From Sulfolobales archaeon (lineage in GTDB: Archaea > Thermoproteota > Thermoprotei_A > Sulfolobales > NBVN01): a stretch of DNA of 64,000 bases. The notes beneath the pieces are model-generated. The model was not told the origin of the DNA. It was given only the letters and a program-made list of their open reading frames with translations, and ran no database searches. Below, piece after piece: positions 49,793 through 62,450 of the stretch. The translations under genes and the position numbers were made by a program. The DNA lies in contig JAWBQY010000001.1 in NCBI GenBank assembly GCA_038844925.1, positions 224,361-288,360 of the forward strand, read 5' to 3'. How positions within the stretch are numbered: the first letter of the stretch is position 1; each line of letters starts with the position of its first letter.

Positions 49793-51393
49793 TTCATAAC
49801 AACTCCGAGAGCGTTTAATGCCTCCTTAGGATTCACATAGTACTTATAAACGTACTTTGCTATGTCCTTATACGATCTTATCTTATTGATTACTAGCTGT
49901 TCTAGGATTAACTTCTTAATATCTAAATCACTTAGTACTTCTGGGAATGACCTACTAGTAATTTCGGAAATCCTTCTGAGAAGGTAGCTTTTACTGAAGT
50001 CTACCTTAAATAAATCTTTAGCAGGATCCCACCTACATATTTCAATATGATTACCCTCCTCATCTAATTCCCAGACATTAGTTACCCTCCTAGCAGGTCT
50101 CGGCCTACCTTCCTCACTGACCTTTGTAACCCTCTTTATCACTAATATTGAATTAATCAAAGGTATATAGGCTTGAGGTATGTTCATAGGCGGTGATGTA
50201 AGCCTTTTAATAGCGGCTTCCAAACTCTCAGCATGTAAAGTCGTAATACCTGAATGCCCGGTAGCTACTGCTTGGAAAAGCACGTATGCCTCCTCACCCC
50301 TAACCTCACCAACTATTAGTACATCAGGCCTATATCTTAAGGCAACTTTTACTAATTGGAATAAATCTATTTCCTTAGCTCCACCAACAACGTACGAAGA
50401 CCTCGCAACTAATTGAACCCAGTTCTCCTGAGGTAACCTTATCTCAGGTATATCCTCTACAGTAACTATCTTGTAGGTTGGTTTTAGAAGGTTGGCTAAG
50501 GCATTTAAAGTACTGGTCTTACCTGCACCTGTAGACCCTAAGATTAAGGTAGTCATCTTATGCTCCATTAACGTCCAAAAATAAGCTGCTAGCTCTGAAG
50601 ATATGGTACCGAAGTTTATCATATCTATTATTGTTATCGGATCTTCTCTAAACTTCCTTATGGTGAAGGTAGACCCCTTAGCTGATACCTCGCTTTGAAA
50701 TGTTGCAGCAACTCTATGACCTCCTGGTAGCACAGCATCTAAGACTGGGTATGCAACTGATACGTGCTTCCCAGCAATATGCGCTAATTTAAGTATGTAC
50801 TCATTTAATTCTGCCTCACTCTGGAAGTAGAGGTTAGTTGGTATTGATTCGTACTTCCTATGCCATACGAAAATCGGTTTTCCATAACCACTACATGAGA
50901 TATCCTCTATATTAGGGTCTTTGAATAGAGGATCTAAGAAACCGTATCCGAGGACTTCACGCTCAACGTAATACATGATCTTAGCCCAAGACAGTGCTGG
51001 AGTCTTACCCAACCTTATTTGAAACATCCTAATAACTCTCTTAGCATTCTCCTGGAAGTACTCACGGATGTCAACGTCATCCTTAGGCGGTTCTAACTCC
51101 CATGCGAGGTAATCCATAATCTCTCTAAACACTTTAAGTTCATGCTTATCCAACGGTATGACGTCAACGTTGTATACTATCTCCCCACTACGTAGGTCTT
51201 CTACTATTACTGCCTCAGCCCAAGGAGCTGTGAGAGGGTATTTTTCTAAGACCTTAATGTTCTGATCTAAGAGGTATTTAGACTTAGTAGTAGTCTGAGC
51301 TAACGCCACGTTAGGATTATTAATAGCCTCTCTAACACTCTCTCGCTCTTCCTCCTTCTTTTTCTTCAGAGCATCTCTAATAAAGCTGAACAT
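49789..51393 (-). CDS. Type IV pilus assembly ATPase (AapE/UpsE/FlaI-like)
   Basis: DPNIEDISC, FTIRKF, GSTGAGKTS, LRYRPD..IVGEVRG, TGHSGITTLHA. Confidence 0.92.
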   Translation of the reverse strand: MFSFIRDALKKKKEEERESVREAINNPNVALAQTTTKSKYLLDQNIKVLEKYPLTAPWAEAVIVEDLRSGEIVYNVDVIPLDKHELKVFREIMDYLAWELEPPKDDVDIREYFQENAKRVIRMFQIRLGKTPALSWAKIMYYVEREVLGYGFLDPLFKDPNIEDISCSGYGKPIFVWHRKYESIPTNLYFQSEAELNEYILKLAHIAGKHVSVAYPVLDAVLPGGHRVAATFQSEVSAKGSTFTIRKFREDPITIIDMINFGTISSELAAYFWTLMEHKMTTLILGSTGAGKTSTLNALANLLKPTYKIVTVEDIPEIRLPQENWVQLVARSSYVVGGAKEIDLFQLVKVALRYRPDVLIVGEVRGEEAYVLFQAVATGHSGITTLHAESLEAAIKRLTSPPMNIPQAYIPLINSILVIKRVTKVSEEGRPRPARRVTNVWELDEEGNHIEICRWDPAKDLFKVDFSKSYLLRRISEITSRSFPEVLSDLDIKKLILEQLVINKIRSYKDIAKYVYKYYVNPKEALNALGVVMK

Positions 51394-51528
51394 CCCATTA
51401 CTACCGCAATTTAATACTGCACAACGAACCTAATAATGTTTTAGCAATTTTTAAGTAATTCTAACATGCTTTCCACTCTACTACCTACTCCACGATAAGT
51501 TTATTATTTTGTACGAGCATCTATCACG

Positions 51529-54500
51529 ATGGGCATGGGCTTGAAATTACATCAGATGATAACGCAGTACTGGCTGATGTTCTTAATATTAGTAGTTTCC
51601 GCCGTAGCGAATACTACGTCAGCTCAAGAAGTCTACTATATAACATATTCATATGAATTAGACTTAGATATGAGTATTGATTACGTGCTCGTACTGTCAA
51701 ATGAGTTGATAGCAGTACTAGGCTCAGTAAATGATACCTCAGTAATCCGGATAATTAACGTCTCAGAGACGTTCTCCCCGAAAACTCTCTTCACATACCC
51801 TATAAGTGGGCGTATAACTTCGTACTCCGTCGATGAATTCCCAGTAAGGTACTTAGCCATAGGCACCGACCTAGGTGAGACCATAGTCTTCTCAGTAGAG
51901 AGGGGTAGATTATATGAGAAACTACATAGCGTTCAAGGCGTCGACTTCTTCGTAGACAGCGTTTACTTACTTAAAACTCCTACAACGGTTAAATTAGCAG
52001 CTCTAAGCATTAACAAAAAACTGCCGTCGGAGAGGTATGTATACGTTTTTGATATTAATACTAGAGGTTTTCTAAGGATTGGGCCAACCGTCGGTAATTT
52101 AAGTAATGCCTTAGAAAACATCACACCACACCTACTAGTCCCACTCAAGGTAGTACGTAATGGTAGTTACTACTACGATGCGTCAAAAGTGTTTATAACC
52201 TATACAGGCTTGTCAGCAACATTAAATATAAGTGCTACATATATTTACAATAATACGAATTACCCAGCCAGCTATGCCTATGTAGAGATAGAATTATATG
52301 ACGTTAAAACACTTTCTAAGGTTTTTTCCTACGATATTAACCTAGATGAAAACGGTTTAGGAACTGCATTAGTTCCCCTTGGATATATTGCTGAGGTAAG
52401 ACTTTACGATATTTACGGAAACACCTATAAACGCATTCTAAACTTATCAGACATAAAGGGAGTTAGGTCTATATCCATAGATTTTCAATTAATGTATAGA
52501 CCTGATACTAAGATTGCTACCAAGGCTATACCAACACTTATTAAAGTATTTAACTTTAGTAGGGTGCCTGTGGAATATGAGATCGTTACAGACTTAGAAC
52601 TTAAGAACTATGTAGGTACTCCATTTAACATATTTAGCATACCAGAATCGGGGAGGAACATGTATATACTAACCACCGAGCATAATAATTACTTAAACAT
52701 AACATACGTGTATGAGAACTTCACCTCAACTGATGTCTTACTCTACGATTATTTAGGGTTTGATGGGTTGAAAGTTAAGTACGTAGATGTTGATGTGATG
52801 GGTAAGTATTTAATAGCTGCCTTAAGAGATGGTAGGATTAAGACCTACGCATATGATGGGTTGACTAAACTCTATAGGCTTGAGCAAGAATATATAGCTA
52901 TTGGTGAGCCATTAAACACTAAGTTAGTTCATGTTGATGGGAAAACGTATTACTTAGTGTACACTTCTAGAGGGCTTCAAATACTGTTACTAGAACCTCT
53001 CCAACTACCTCTATTAAGATTTAATACATCACTCACCTACAACATCCCAGGAGCTAGATTTGCTGATTCATCTTCAGATCTTTCTTTAATAGTTATTGGC
53101 GGTGGTAGTAAGCTGTTAATAATTAGGGATTTCGATAAATACTTAAAGACGTACGGTCCCCTACCCTTGGATATAGACTCTATTAGACTCCCAGCATTAA
53201 CGCTAAGGGTAGTATCACCTAATTATACTGGAGTCCCCAATGCTAGAGTAGTACTTACATATGGAGAAATGAGTAGGGAGTTTATATGTGATGAGAATGG
53301 TGTGTTAGAACTTAGTAGTATATTCCCAGGTAAGTACATAATATCCATATACCCTCAAACACCTCACCTACAACCTACGAACATAACTGTTGAGGTCTTA
53401 AGAGAACCCCATATTAAGCATACGGTAATGCTTAACTACACAACATACTCTCTTAATATAATTACTTCCGACGAGTTTGGCGGTGGTCCTCAAGCACCAA
53501 TCGATATATACTTAAATGATAAGTTAGTAGTAAACGAATCGGTAAGTGAAAGACACTTAATTGAAATTCCCTATGGGTCGTATAACATAACGGTAAAACC
53601 GTCACGCAACTACGCATACCTTTACAAGGAAGCATCATTGCAAGTATCAGTAGAGAAGGACATCACGCTAAATATAGTATTAGAGAGAAAAGCATATAAC
53701 GTTACTTTAAACATCATAGATGAATTGACTAGAGAAATAATTACTGATGAGGTTATAGTATCTATTAGCGATATCGGACTGGTTGAAACGGTTAGGGGTT
53801 CACTATCAACACTTCTTAAGGCTGGACACCAGAAGATCGATATCCTAATACCAGCTCAACTTAGCCATAAATACTTAAGCGTGAGGAAGGACATCAACGT
53901 CATGGCTGGTCAGACATTTAGTATTAGCGTTCCGAGAAGATCCTACAATGTGGAATTTAAATTATTAGACCCGTTAACAGGTGAACACACTAAGGGTTTA
54001 TACAACGTCTACGCTAACGGCATGGAAGTAGCACGTAGCGTTGGAGACATATTTAACCTCTCACTCCCATACGGGGATTACGTAATCAGTATTTACCCAC
54101 TACCTCCTTATAACATGATGTATATGGAAACTAACCTATCGTTAGTTGTTGATAAGGACTTGGTAAATACTGTTAACATTAACAGGGTGAAATACTCGCT
54201 ACTTATTAGAATCATCGATCCTATATCCAGAGCTCCGATAGTCCCACTCAAGATAGTCATTAATAATACGTCGGTAAACATACCTGCCGGAACTCAGTCC
54301 TATAGCCTTTCCCTACATTATGGTACGTACCATGTTACGGTATTACCGGACTTAGGCTTCGAAAATGTTTATGAAGAATACTCAACTACTGTAAACCTAA
54401 TGACAGACCACACGATCGATGTACTCCTTAATAGAAGGAAGTACAACTTAACGCTAAACTTCTACGACGTATCCGCAGGACCTCTTCTAGGCCTATTTGA

Positions 54501-55068
54501 CATATTTGTAAACGATACCTTAATATTCAGCGGAGCTAGTGATAAAGCCTACATGACCCTACCATACGATACGTACGTGATAGTGGTGAAGCCCCAACCA
54601 CAATTCATAACACTTTATAGTGATTATAAGGTTACTGTTAAGCTCTTCAACCATACTCAAATGAACATCCCATTGAGTAGGAAGTACTATACCCTAACAC
54701 TACTTGTAAGGGATGATGCGGACAACCCAGCCTTAGGCGCACTCGTTACCTTAATAGATACTGCTACTGGGACCACGGTTGCTAGAGGTGTAGTTGGAGG
54801 GGATGGTAAGTACTCAACATCAGTTTACTATGGATCATTTCAACTCATCGTAAGTTATGAGGGGTTTAGCGACTTCGTGAAGTCTATAGACCTAACCACG
54901 GATATTACAGAACGAATAGTACTTAAGCCATTACCGATAACCCTAGTAATTAGGAATTTACCGATAATAGTCATAGCGACGTTAATTATTATAAGCATGA
55001 TTGTCATAGTAAAATTAAGGGGTAAGATAGCTGAGAGAATATATAAGAGTGAGGAGTTTGAATTCTAA
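51529..55068 (+). CDS. Large membrane-anchored surface protein with repeated Ig/PEGA-like domains
   Basis: Signal peptide, beta-rich N-domain, repeated L(P/H)YG.Y...(R/K)..Y.(L/V) units, C-terminal TM helix, many N-x-S/T sites. Confidence 0.8.
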   Translation: MGMGLKLHQMITQYWLMFLILVVSAVANTTSAQEVYYITYSYELDLDMSIDYVLVLSNELIAVLGSVNDTSVIRIINVSETFSPKTLFTYPISGRITSYSVDEFPVRYLAIGTDLGETIVFSVERGRLYEKLHSVQGVDFFVDSVYLLKTPTTVKLAALSINKKLPSERYVYVFDINTRGFLRIGPTVGNLSNALENITPHLLVPLKVVRNGSYYYDASKVFITYTGLSATLNISATYIYNNTNYPASYAYVEIELYDVKTLSKVFSYDINLDENGLGTALVPLGYIAEVRLYDIYGNTYKRILNLSDIKGVRSISIDFQLMYRPDTKIATKAIPTLIKVFNFSRVPVEYEIVTDLELKNYVGTPFNIFSIPESGRNMYILTTEHNNYLNITYVYENFTSTDVLLYDYLGFDGLKVKYVDVDVMGKYLIAALRDGRIKTYAYDGLTKLYRLEQEYIAIGEPLNTKLVHVDGKTYYLVYTSRGLQILLLEPLQLPLLRFNTSLTYNIPGARFADSSSDLSLIVIGGGSKLLIIRDFDKYLKTYGPLPLDIDSIRLPALTLRVVSPNYTGVPNARVVLTYGEMSREFICDENGVLELSSIFPGKYIISIYPQTPHLQPTNITVEVLREPHIKHTVMLNYTTYSLNIITSDEFGGGPQAPIDIYLNDKLVVNESVSERHLIEIPYGSYNITVKPSRNYAYLYKEASLQVSVEKDITLNIVLERKAYNVTLNIIDELTREIITDEVIVSISDIGLVETVRGSLSTLLKAGHQKIDILIPAQLSHKYLSVRKDINVMAGQTFSISVPRRSYNVEFKLLDPLTGEHTKGLYNVYANGMEVARSVGDIFNLSLPYGDYVISIYPLPPYNMMYMETNLSLVVDKDLVNTVNINRVKYSLLIRIIDPISRAPIVPLKIVINNTSVNIPAGTQSYSLSLHYGTYHVTVLPDLGFENVYEEYSTTVNLMTDHTIDVLLNRRKYNLTLNFYDVSAGPLLGLFDIFVNDTLIFSGASDKAYMTLPYDTYVIVVKPQPQFITLYSDYKVTVKLFNHTQMNIPLSRKYYTLTLLVRDDADNPALGALVTLIDTATGTTVARGVVGGDGKYSTSVYYGSFQLIVSYEGFSDFVKSIDLTTDITERIVLKPLPITLVIRNLPIIVIATLIIISMIVIVKLRGKIAERIYKSEEFEF

Positions 55069-55101
55069 TTCTCATATAATTTGACATGTTCCTAAGGACT
55101 A

Positions 55102-55509
55102 TTACCTGATATAGATTTCCCTAGGAAGTCCATCAATATAAATTACCTCAATCCTAGCCTCAACACCCGCACTTGCAAATAAGCTTAACTCTTTTTTAAT
55201 ACTCTCTAAGATAACCATCCTACTACTCAAATACTCTATAAACGATTCTAGTGAAGTTAACTCCTGCTCTGCCGTAGGCTTTATATATATCCTCACTCTC
55301 TTCAAATTAACTACGTTACTAACTTGCCGTTGATCCTCGCTAACACCAATCTTAGATAGCACATCCCTCAGAGCTTTCTCGCTCTCAACCTTAATTTTTA
55401 AGGTCTCCACCCTCCTTAAAAGCTCGCCTAAAACTACTTTAATACTATTTATATCCTCATCTACAGAAGCTAACATCTCCTTAAAGTTATTGAACTCCCT
55501 AATATACAC
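55102..55509 (-). CDS. Hypothetical coiled-coil protein
   Basis: 135-aa ORF with SD, downstream of cdc48. Confidence 0.7.
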   Translation of the reverse strand: MYIREFNNFKEMLASVDEDINSIKVVLGELLRRVETLKIKVESEKALRDVLSKIGVSEDQRQVSNVVNLKRVRIYIKPTAEQELTSLESFIEYLSSRMVILESIKKELSLFASAGVEARIEVIYIDGLPREIYIR

Positions 55510-55565
55510 GTGAAAGTACCTCTCTTACTAAGATAGGTGCTAAGATAATTTTAAGCTTAACTACA

Positions 55566-55808
55566 TTACGATTGCTTTAGGTGAGGTGCTAGGGAGATTA
55601 TCTTAATGTCCTCTCTAGCCGTTGATACTACTATAAACCCCCTAATCTCTAAGATCATTAAGTATTTAAGGAAATCTGAATATGTAATTTCATACCTCTT
55701 CCTAAGCACATCATATAAGTCCTTATCCTTTATAGTCCCACCACCATTACTTATAGCTTCAAGTATCTCAGACATAATACTATATGGGGACTGACCTACT
55801 TGACGCAT
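55566..55808 (-). CDS. Small winged-helix protein
   Basis: DKDLY...FLKYLMILEIRGFIVV. Confidence 0.65.
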   Translation of the reverse strand: MRQVGQSPYSIMSEILEAISNGGGTIKDKDLYDVLRKRYEITYSDFLKYLMILEIRGFIVVSTAREDIKIISLAPHLKQS

Positions 55809-56047
55809 ACCTTACCACACCTTCTAATGTTTTTAACCAGCTTAACCTGCTTAACAACCTTCACGACCTACGTCATTAATCCCAACATGCATTATAATCT
55901 AATAAAACCTTGACAAATTAAATTAAAAACATTTCCATCATCAAAAGCTCAAGCTGTAAAATTGAAGGAGCTAGTATAATCAGTAATAATCAGTAATAGT
56001 AATATGCAGTAATAATGCTGTTTTAGGCCTAAGGGACGATGGTTAAC

Positions 56048-58324
<2,277 letters not shown>

Positions 58325-58412
58325 TTAAACCTCTAGGGTCATTAAATAACGTCTAAATCCGTTTAAAATAATGTAGTAAAAATCCTCTAAAGACTGAAGA
58401 CCTAGATAATAC

Positions 58413-58691
58413 TTACTTGATATCAGTTCTAGTAACTAATTCAGATTCAACACTTTCAACACCGTCTAAACCTCTTATAATGTTTTCAATCTCCTCAGTA
58501 CCACCCTCAACATCCTCAGGCATTAGTAGGTAAAGCCTGAGGACATGTAATCCGAACGCTACGTATACCTTCTCACTCTTAACTAATTCGTACTTAGCAG
58601 GCAACACCTTCCTCAAATCGCTAAGCACGCCATCTAAGTTTACATCAATATCCTTAGGGTATACCTTAAGAACAGCTAATATCTTAGCCAT
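58413..58691 (-). CDS. Elongation factor 1-beta
   Basis: KVYP, VAFGL, GGTEEIE. Confidence 0.92.
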   Translation of the reverse strand: MAKILAVLKVYPKDIDVNLDGVLSDLRKVLPAKYELVKSEKVYVAFGLHVLRLYLLMPEDVEGGTEEIENIIRGLDGVESVESELVTRTDIK

Positions 58692-58702
58692 AGTGCATCA
58701 CC

Positions 58703-58924
58703 TTAAGGACCTTCAAAACCGCACTTCGGACATACGTACTTAACGTTAAACTCCCTACACATCCTACAACGCCATATAGTTACCGAACCGCAATTAGGGC
58801 ATAAAAACCTAATCCCCTTTTCAAAAGGCGATACTAACTTACCACAACTACTACATACTGGCGGTGTTGACGACTCCACCACCACAGGCCCTTTACTGCT
58901 TGTACGTCCTCCCAACTCCATCAT
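58703..58924 (-). CDS. Zinc-ribbon RNA-binding protein (DUF1610-like)
   Basis: CSSCG, FLCPNCG, IWRC..CR, YVCPKCGFEGP; conserved neighbour of EF-1beta. Confidence 0.88.
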   Translation of the reverse strand: MMELGGRTSSKGPVVVESSTPPVCSSCGKLVSPFEKGIRFLCPNCGSVTIWRCRMCREFNVKYVCPKCGFEGP

Positions 58925-59042
58925 TGTTAACCAGTACTACTATACAGTAGTTGAGTTTAAAAATATGATATCCTAATCCTACAGTAAAGTATGTTTTAAG
59001 ATGTTTATAAGCTCTTAAACAATATCACCGACGGAATCTGCA

Positions 59043-60095
59043 GTGGGGGTTGATTTAAGAGAGCTAATACCTGATAAGGCTGTTAGAACTATTAACGATT
59101 TAAGAGAGCTTTATGGAAAGGTCATAGCCATAGACGCTTATAACGCGCTCTACCAATTCCTAACAGCTATTAGGCAGCCTGATGGAACCCCGTTAATGGA
59201 TTTAAAGGGTAGGGTGACAAGCCATTTAAGCGGCCTCTTCTACAGAACCGTAAATCTCATGGAGGCGTGCATAAAGCCTATATACGTATTTGACGGTAAA
59301 CCACCCGAGTTAAAGTCTAGGGAAATAGCTCAGAGGTCTTTAATAAAGAATGAAGCATTAATTAAGTATAAGGACGCATTAGAACGTGGTGATATTGAAA
59401 CCGCCCGTAGGTATGCTCAAATTTCCTCTAAGCTGACCAATGAAATGGTGGAGGAAGCAAAGGAATTACTAAGCGCTATGGGTGTTCCATGGGTTCAAGC
59501 ACCTTCGGAGGGTGAGGCACAAGCTGCCTACATGACTTTAAAGAATGTGTCATGGTCTACAGCAAGTCAGGACTACGACTCAATACTCTTCGGGTCTCCT
59601 AGACTTATAAGGAATCTAACAATTTCAGGCAAACGTAAGTTACCCAAGAAGGATATTTACGTAGAGGTTAAACCAGAGCTCATAGAGCTTAACACGTTAT
59701 TGAGTTCCTTAGCCATAACCAGGGAGCAGTTAATAGACATAGCCATACTGCTGGGTACTGACTACAATCCCGATGGGGTTAAGGGTATCGGCCCTAAAAC
59801 AGCTTTAAAACTTATTAAGACTTACGGCTCCTTAGAGAAAGTACTTAAAATCCTGCCTGAAGCTCAATTCCCAGTAGATCCGCTTAAGATTAGGGAGTTC
59901 TTCCTAAACCCTCCAGTAAGTAATGAATATAAGGTTGAGTGGGTTGAACCCGATGAGAAGCGGGTTAAGGAGTTACTAGTAGTACAACATGATTTCTCGG
60001 ACGAGAGGGTATTACCAGCATTAGAGAGGTTGAGGAAGGCGTTTAGAGAGTGTATTAAGTCTAAGGTTAGGGGTCTCGACGCATGGATTAAGTAA
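59043..60095 (+). CDS. fen: Flap endonuclease 1
   Basis: DAYNALYQFL, TSHLSG, EGEAQ, SQDYD, GTDYN, GIGPKTA, C-terminal LDAW. Confidence 0.97.
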   Translation: MGVDLRELIPDKAVRTINDLRELYGKVIAIDAYNALYQFLTAIRQPDGTPLMDLKGRVTSHLSGLFYRTVNLMEACIKPIYVFDGKPPELKSREIAQRSLIKNEALIKYKDALERGDIETARRYAQISSKLTNEMVEEAKELLSAMGVPWVQAPSEGEAQAAYMTLKNVSWSTASQDYDSILFGSPRLIRNLTISGKRKLPKKDIYVEVKPELIELNTLLSSLAITREQLIDIAILLGTDYNPDGVKGIGPKTALKLIKTYGSLEKVLKILPEAQFPVDPLKIREFFLNPPVSNEYKVEWVEPDEKRVKELLVVQHDFSDERVLPALERLRKAFRECIKSKVRGLDAWIK

Positions 60096-60098
60096 GCT

Positions 60099-60785
60099 TC
60101 AACATATCTCAGCCTCCTCTATTATTAGATAGCCCGTCCAGTAGTTAGGATACCATACCTTCCTACTAGACTTTATGCATATCCTCCTCCCTTGGAAGAG
60201 TGGTGATGAAGTAACAAATGTTTCGAACTCACCTCCCTCACCAACTAAGTTTACATTATACTTCCTACACATAGCTATGAAGTCCTCCACATTACTTAAG
60301 TCTATCTTACTGCCTAACCACTTAACATCTAATCCGTAAGCCTGCAAGGCGGTGATTACAAACTCTGTAGTTCTTAATTCCTCAAACAGTAAGGTATAGG
60401 GGTCGTAACCCCAAAGAGGTGTTATGTGCGTTAGACCTAACTCACTACATAGCCTATCCACTACTGATTTCTGATAGTTAGATGCTACAACACCGCTGAC
60501 TACATACTTAAATCCGTACCGTCGTAGTTCCTCAAGCTTTCCCCTCAACTCACCTACTTCAACATCTCTAATACCACTACAACTCATTAAATCATAGTCA
60601 ATACCTAATAACTTGCCGTGTAGGGCACTCCAACTAATATTCACAGTGTGGAATAACCAAGAATCAGTTCTTGATGGAATAGCTATGAGTAATTTTTCCA
60701 CGTTATAACCTTGACTCAGAGCTTTAACTAATGCGTAGTGTGAGTCCTTCCCCCCGCTGTATAAGACTAGGGTTTTCTCACCTAT
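60099..60785 (-). CDS. Diphthine--ammonia ligase (Dph6-like PP-loop ATPase); non-canonical ATA/ACG start
   Basis: VLYSGGKDSHYAL lies upstream of the ORF-track GTG (60701); SNYQK, PLW, GEGGEFETFV. Confidence 0.88.
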   Translation of the reverse strand: MGEKTLVLYSGGKDSHYALVKALSQGYNVEKLLIAIPSRTDSWLFHTVNISWSALHGKLLGIDYDLMSCSGIRDVEVGELRGKLEELRRYGFKYVVSGVVASNYQKSVVDRLCSELGLTHITPLWGYDPYTLLFEELRTTEFVITALQAYGLDVKWLGSKIDLSNVEDFIAMCRKYNVNLVGEGGEFETFVTSSPLFQGRRICIKSSRKVWYPNYWTGYLIIEEAEIC

Positions 60786-61438
60786 CGTAAAGCACCTCTT
60801 AACACGTCTAGAGCAGCCTCAACTACATACATTAAGCAATTCATATCCCCCCTCCTACAAATAGAAGCTAGAATGCAATCACCATCAACGACCTTAAAAC
60901 TGCTTAGCATATTCTTCCAGAACTCTTGATTAGTAATTTCATATAGGCCGTAGGAATCAGGTAGTTTAAAGCTTCCCTCAATATAGTACAATATCAAGCC
61001 GCCGACACCACCTTTCTTAACTATTAAATCCCTAACGTATAGTACACCGCCAACCTCCTCAACTAATTTGACCCCATTCTTAAGAAGGACTACTGATATC
61101 CTACAGTCCCTACATAATTCTATATCGCTGAAATCGAAGCTACCAACCATAAGAACGTTGTTTTTCAACAACTCAAGTACTTCAAAGCCCTTCTCGGTTA
61201 GTAAGACCCCTGCTACTGGATCAACAGCTATTAACCCAACATTGTAGAGCCTCCGAACTAAAGTCCTCACACTACCTTCACCTATGCCTAAGATATTAGA
61301 AAGGGTTTTCCTCCCCAAAGGGGTTTTAGCACACTCATTTAAGGTCAGATATACGTGGTAGCTAGTAAAACCGGGTCTGACGTTACCCTTAGGTAAGACT
61401 ACCTCATCAACGATGTTGAAGACTTCCTTAATATTCAT
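60782..61438 (-). CDS. wHTH-domain protein (DUF4443/DUF2111-like)
   Basis: PLGRKTLSNILGIGEGSVRTL, RDLIVKKGG. Confidence 0.75.
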   Translation of the reverse strand: MNIKEVFNIVDEVVLPKGNVRPGFTSYHVYLTLNECAKTPLGRKTLSNILGIGEGSVRTLVRRLYNVGLIAVDPVAGVLLTEKGFEVLELLKNNVLMVGSFDFSDIELCRDCRISVVLLKNGVKLVEEVGGVLYVRDLIVKKGGVGGLILYYIEGSFKLPDSYGLYEITNQEFWKNMLSSFKVVDGDCILASICRRGDMNCLMYVVEAALDVLRGALR

Positions 61439-61511
61439 AAGCTTCCGTAATATTAAGTACTAGTTTAGCTAAAATTTATTTGGGTCTGCAATAAATACAT
61501 CAACGGTGTAG

Positions 61512-62450
61512 TTGTTGAGGAGGCTTAGATGTAAAGACCTGCTTTCTATTTCAGACCTTAGTAGAGAAGAACTAATTCAATTATTAGAGATGTCTAAACT
61601 GTTTAAGAGTAGGTACTATGCCGGTGAGAGAGTGGTTAATGTTCTAGCAGGTAAGTCTTTAGCGATGATATTCCAGAAGCCTAGCACTAGGACTAGGGTC
61701 AGTTTTGAAGTTGCAATGCACCAACTAGGTGGTTATGCACTCTACTTAGGCTGGAATGACTTACAGTTGGGGAGAGGTGAGACGATAGCGGATACTGCCA
61801 GAGTTCTAAGTAGGTATGTTGACGGAGTTGCTGCTAGGGTTTTAAGACATTCCGACCTACTCGAGCTAGCCAAGCATTCGTCAATACCAGTAATCAATGC
61901 TTTAAGCGATTTAGAACACCCGTGTCAAGCATTAGCTGATTTACTAACAATTTGGGAGAAGAAGGGGAGGTTGGAGGGCATTAAAGTGGCATTCGTCGGG
62001 GATGGTACTGACAACGTCTTAAACTCATTACTACTAGCTAGTGCTAAATTAGGTATAGATGTCTCAATAGCGACGCCGGCAGGCTACGACCCTAAGGAGG
62101 AGATACTGAAGGTGGCTGAAAGTGATGCCCGGAGGTATAACTCTACAATTGAGATTGTAAGAGAGCCTGAAACAGCTGTTAAAGGGGCTGACGTCATATA
62201 TACGGATGTTTGGGTGAGTATGGGTCAGGAGGCTGAGAGAGCTAAAAGAGTTGCAGACTTAAGTAAGTATAGAGTTACTGTAGACTTAGTTAGACTGGCT
62301 AAAGAAGACGTAATCTTCATGCACTGCCTGCCAGCAAGGAGGGGTGAGGAGGTAGTCGATGACGTAATAGATGGTAAGTGGTCTGTTGTTTGGGACCAGG
62401 CTGAGAATAGACTCCACACGCAGAAGGCTGTATTAGCGCTTCTTCTTTGA
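61512..62450 (+). CDS. argF: Ornithine carbamoyltransferase
   Basis: KPSTRTRVSFE, HPCQ, TDVWVSMG, HCLP, QAENRLH. Confidence 0.96.
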   Translation: MLRRLRCKDLLSISDLSREELIQLLEMSKLFKSRYYAGERVVNVLAGKSLAMIFQKPSTRTRVSFEVAMHQLGGYALYLGWNDLQLGRGETIADTARVLSRYVDGVAARVLRHSDLLELAKHSSIPVINALSDLEHPCQALADLLTIWEKKGRLEGIKVAFVGDGTDNVLNSLLLASAKLGIDVSIATPAGYDPKEEILKVAESDARRYNSTIEIVREPETAVKGADVIYTDVWVSMGQEAERAKRVADLSKYRVTVDLVRLAKEDVIFMHCLPARRGEEVVDDVIDGKWSVVWDQAENRLHTQKAVLALLL

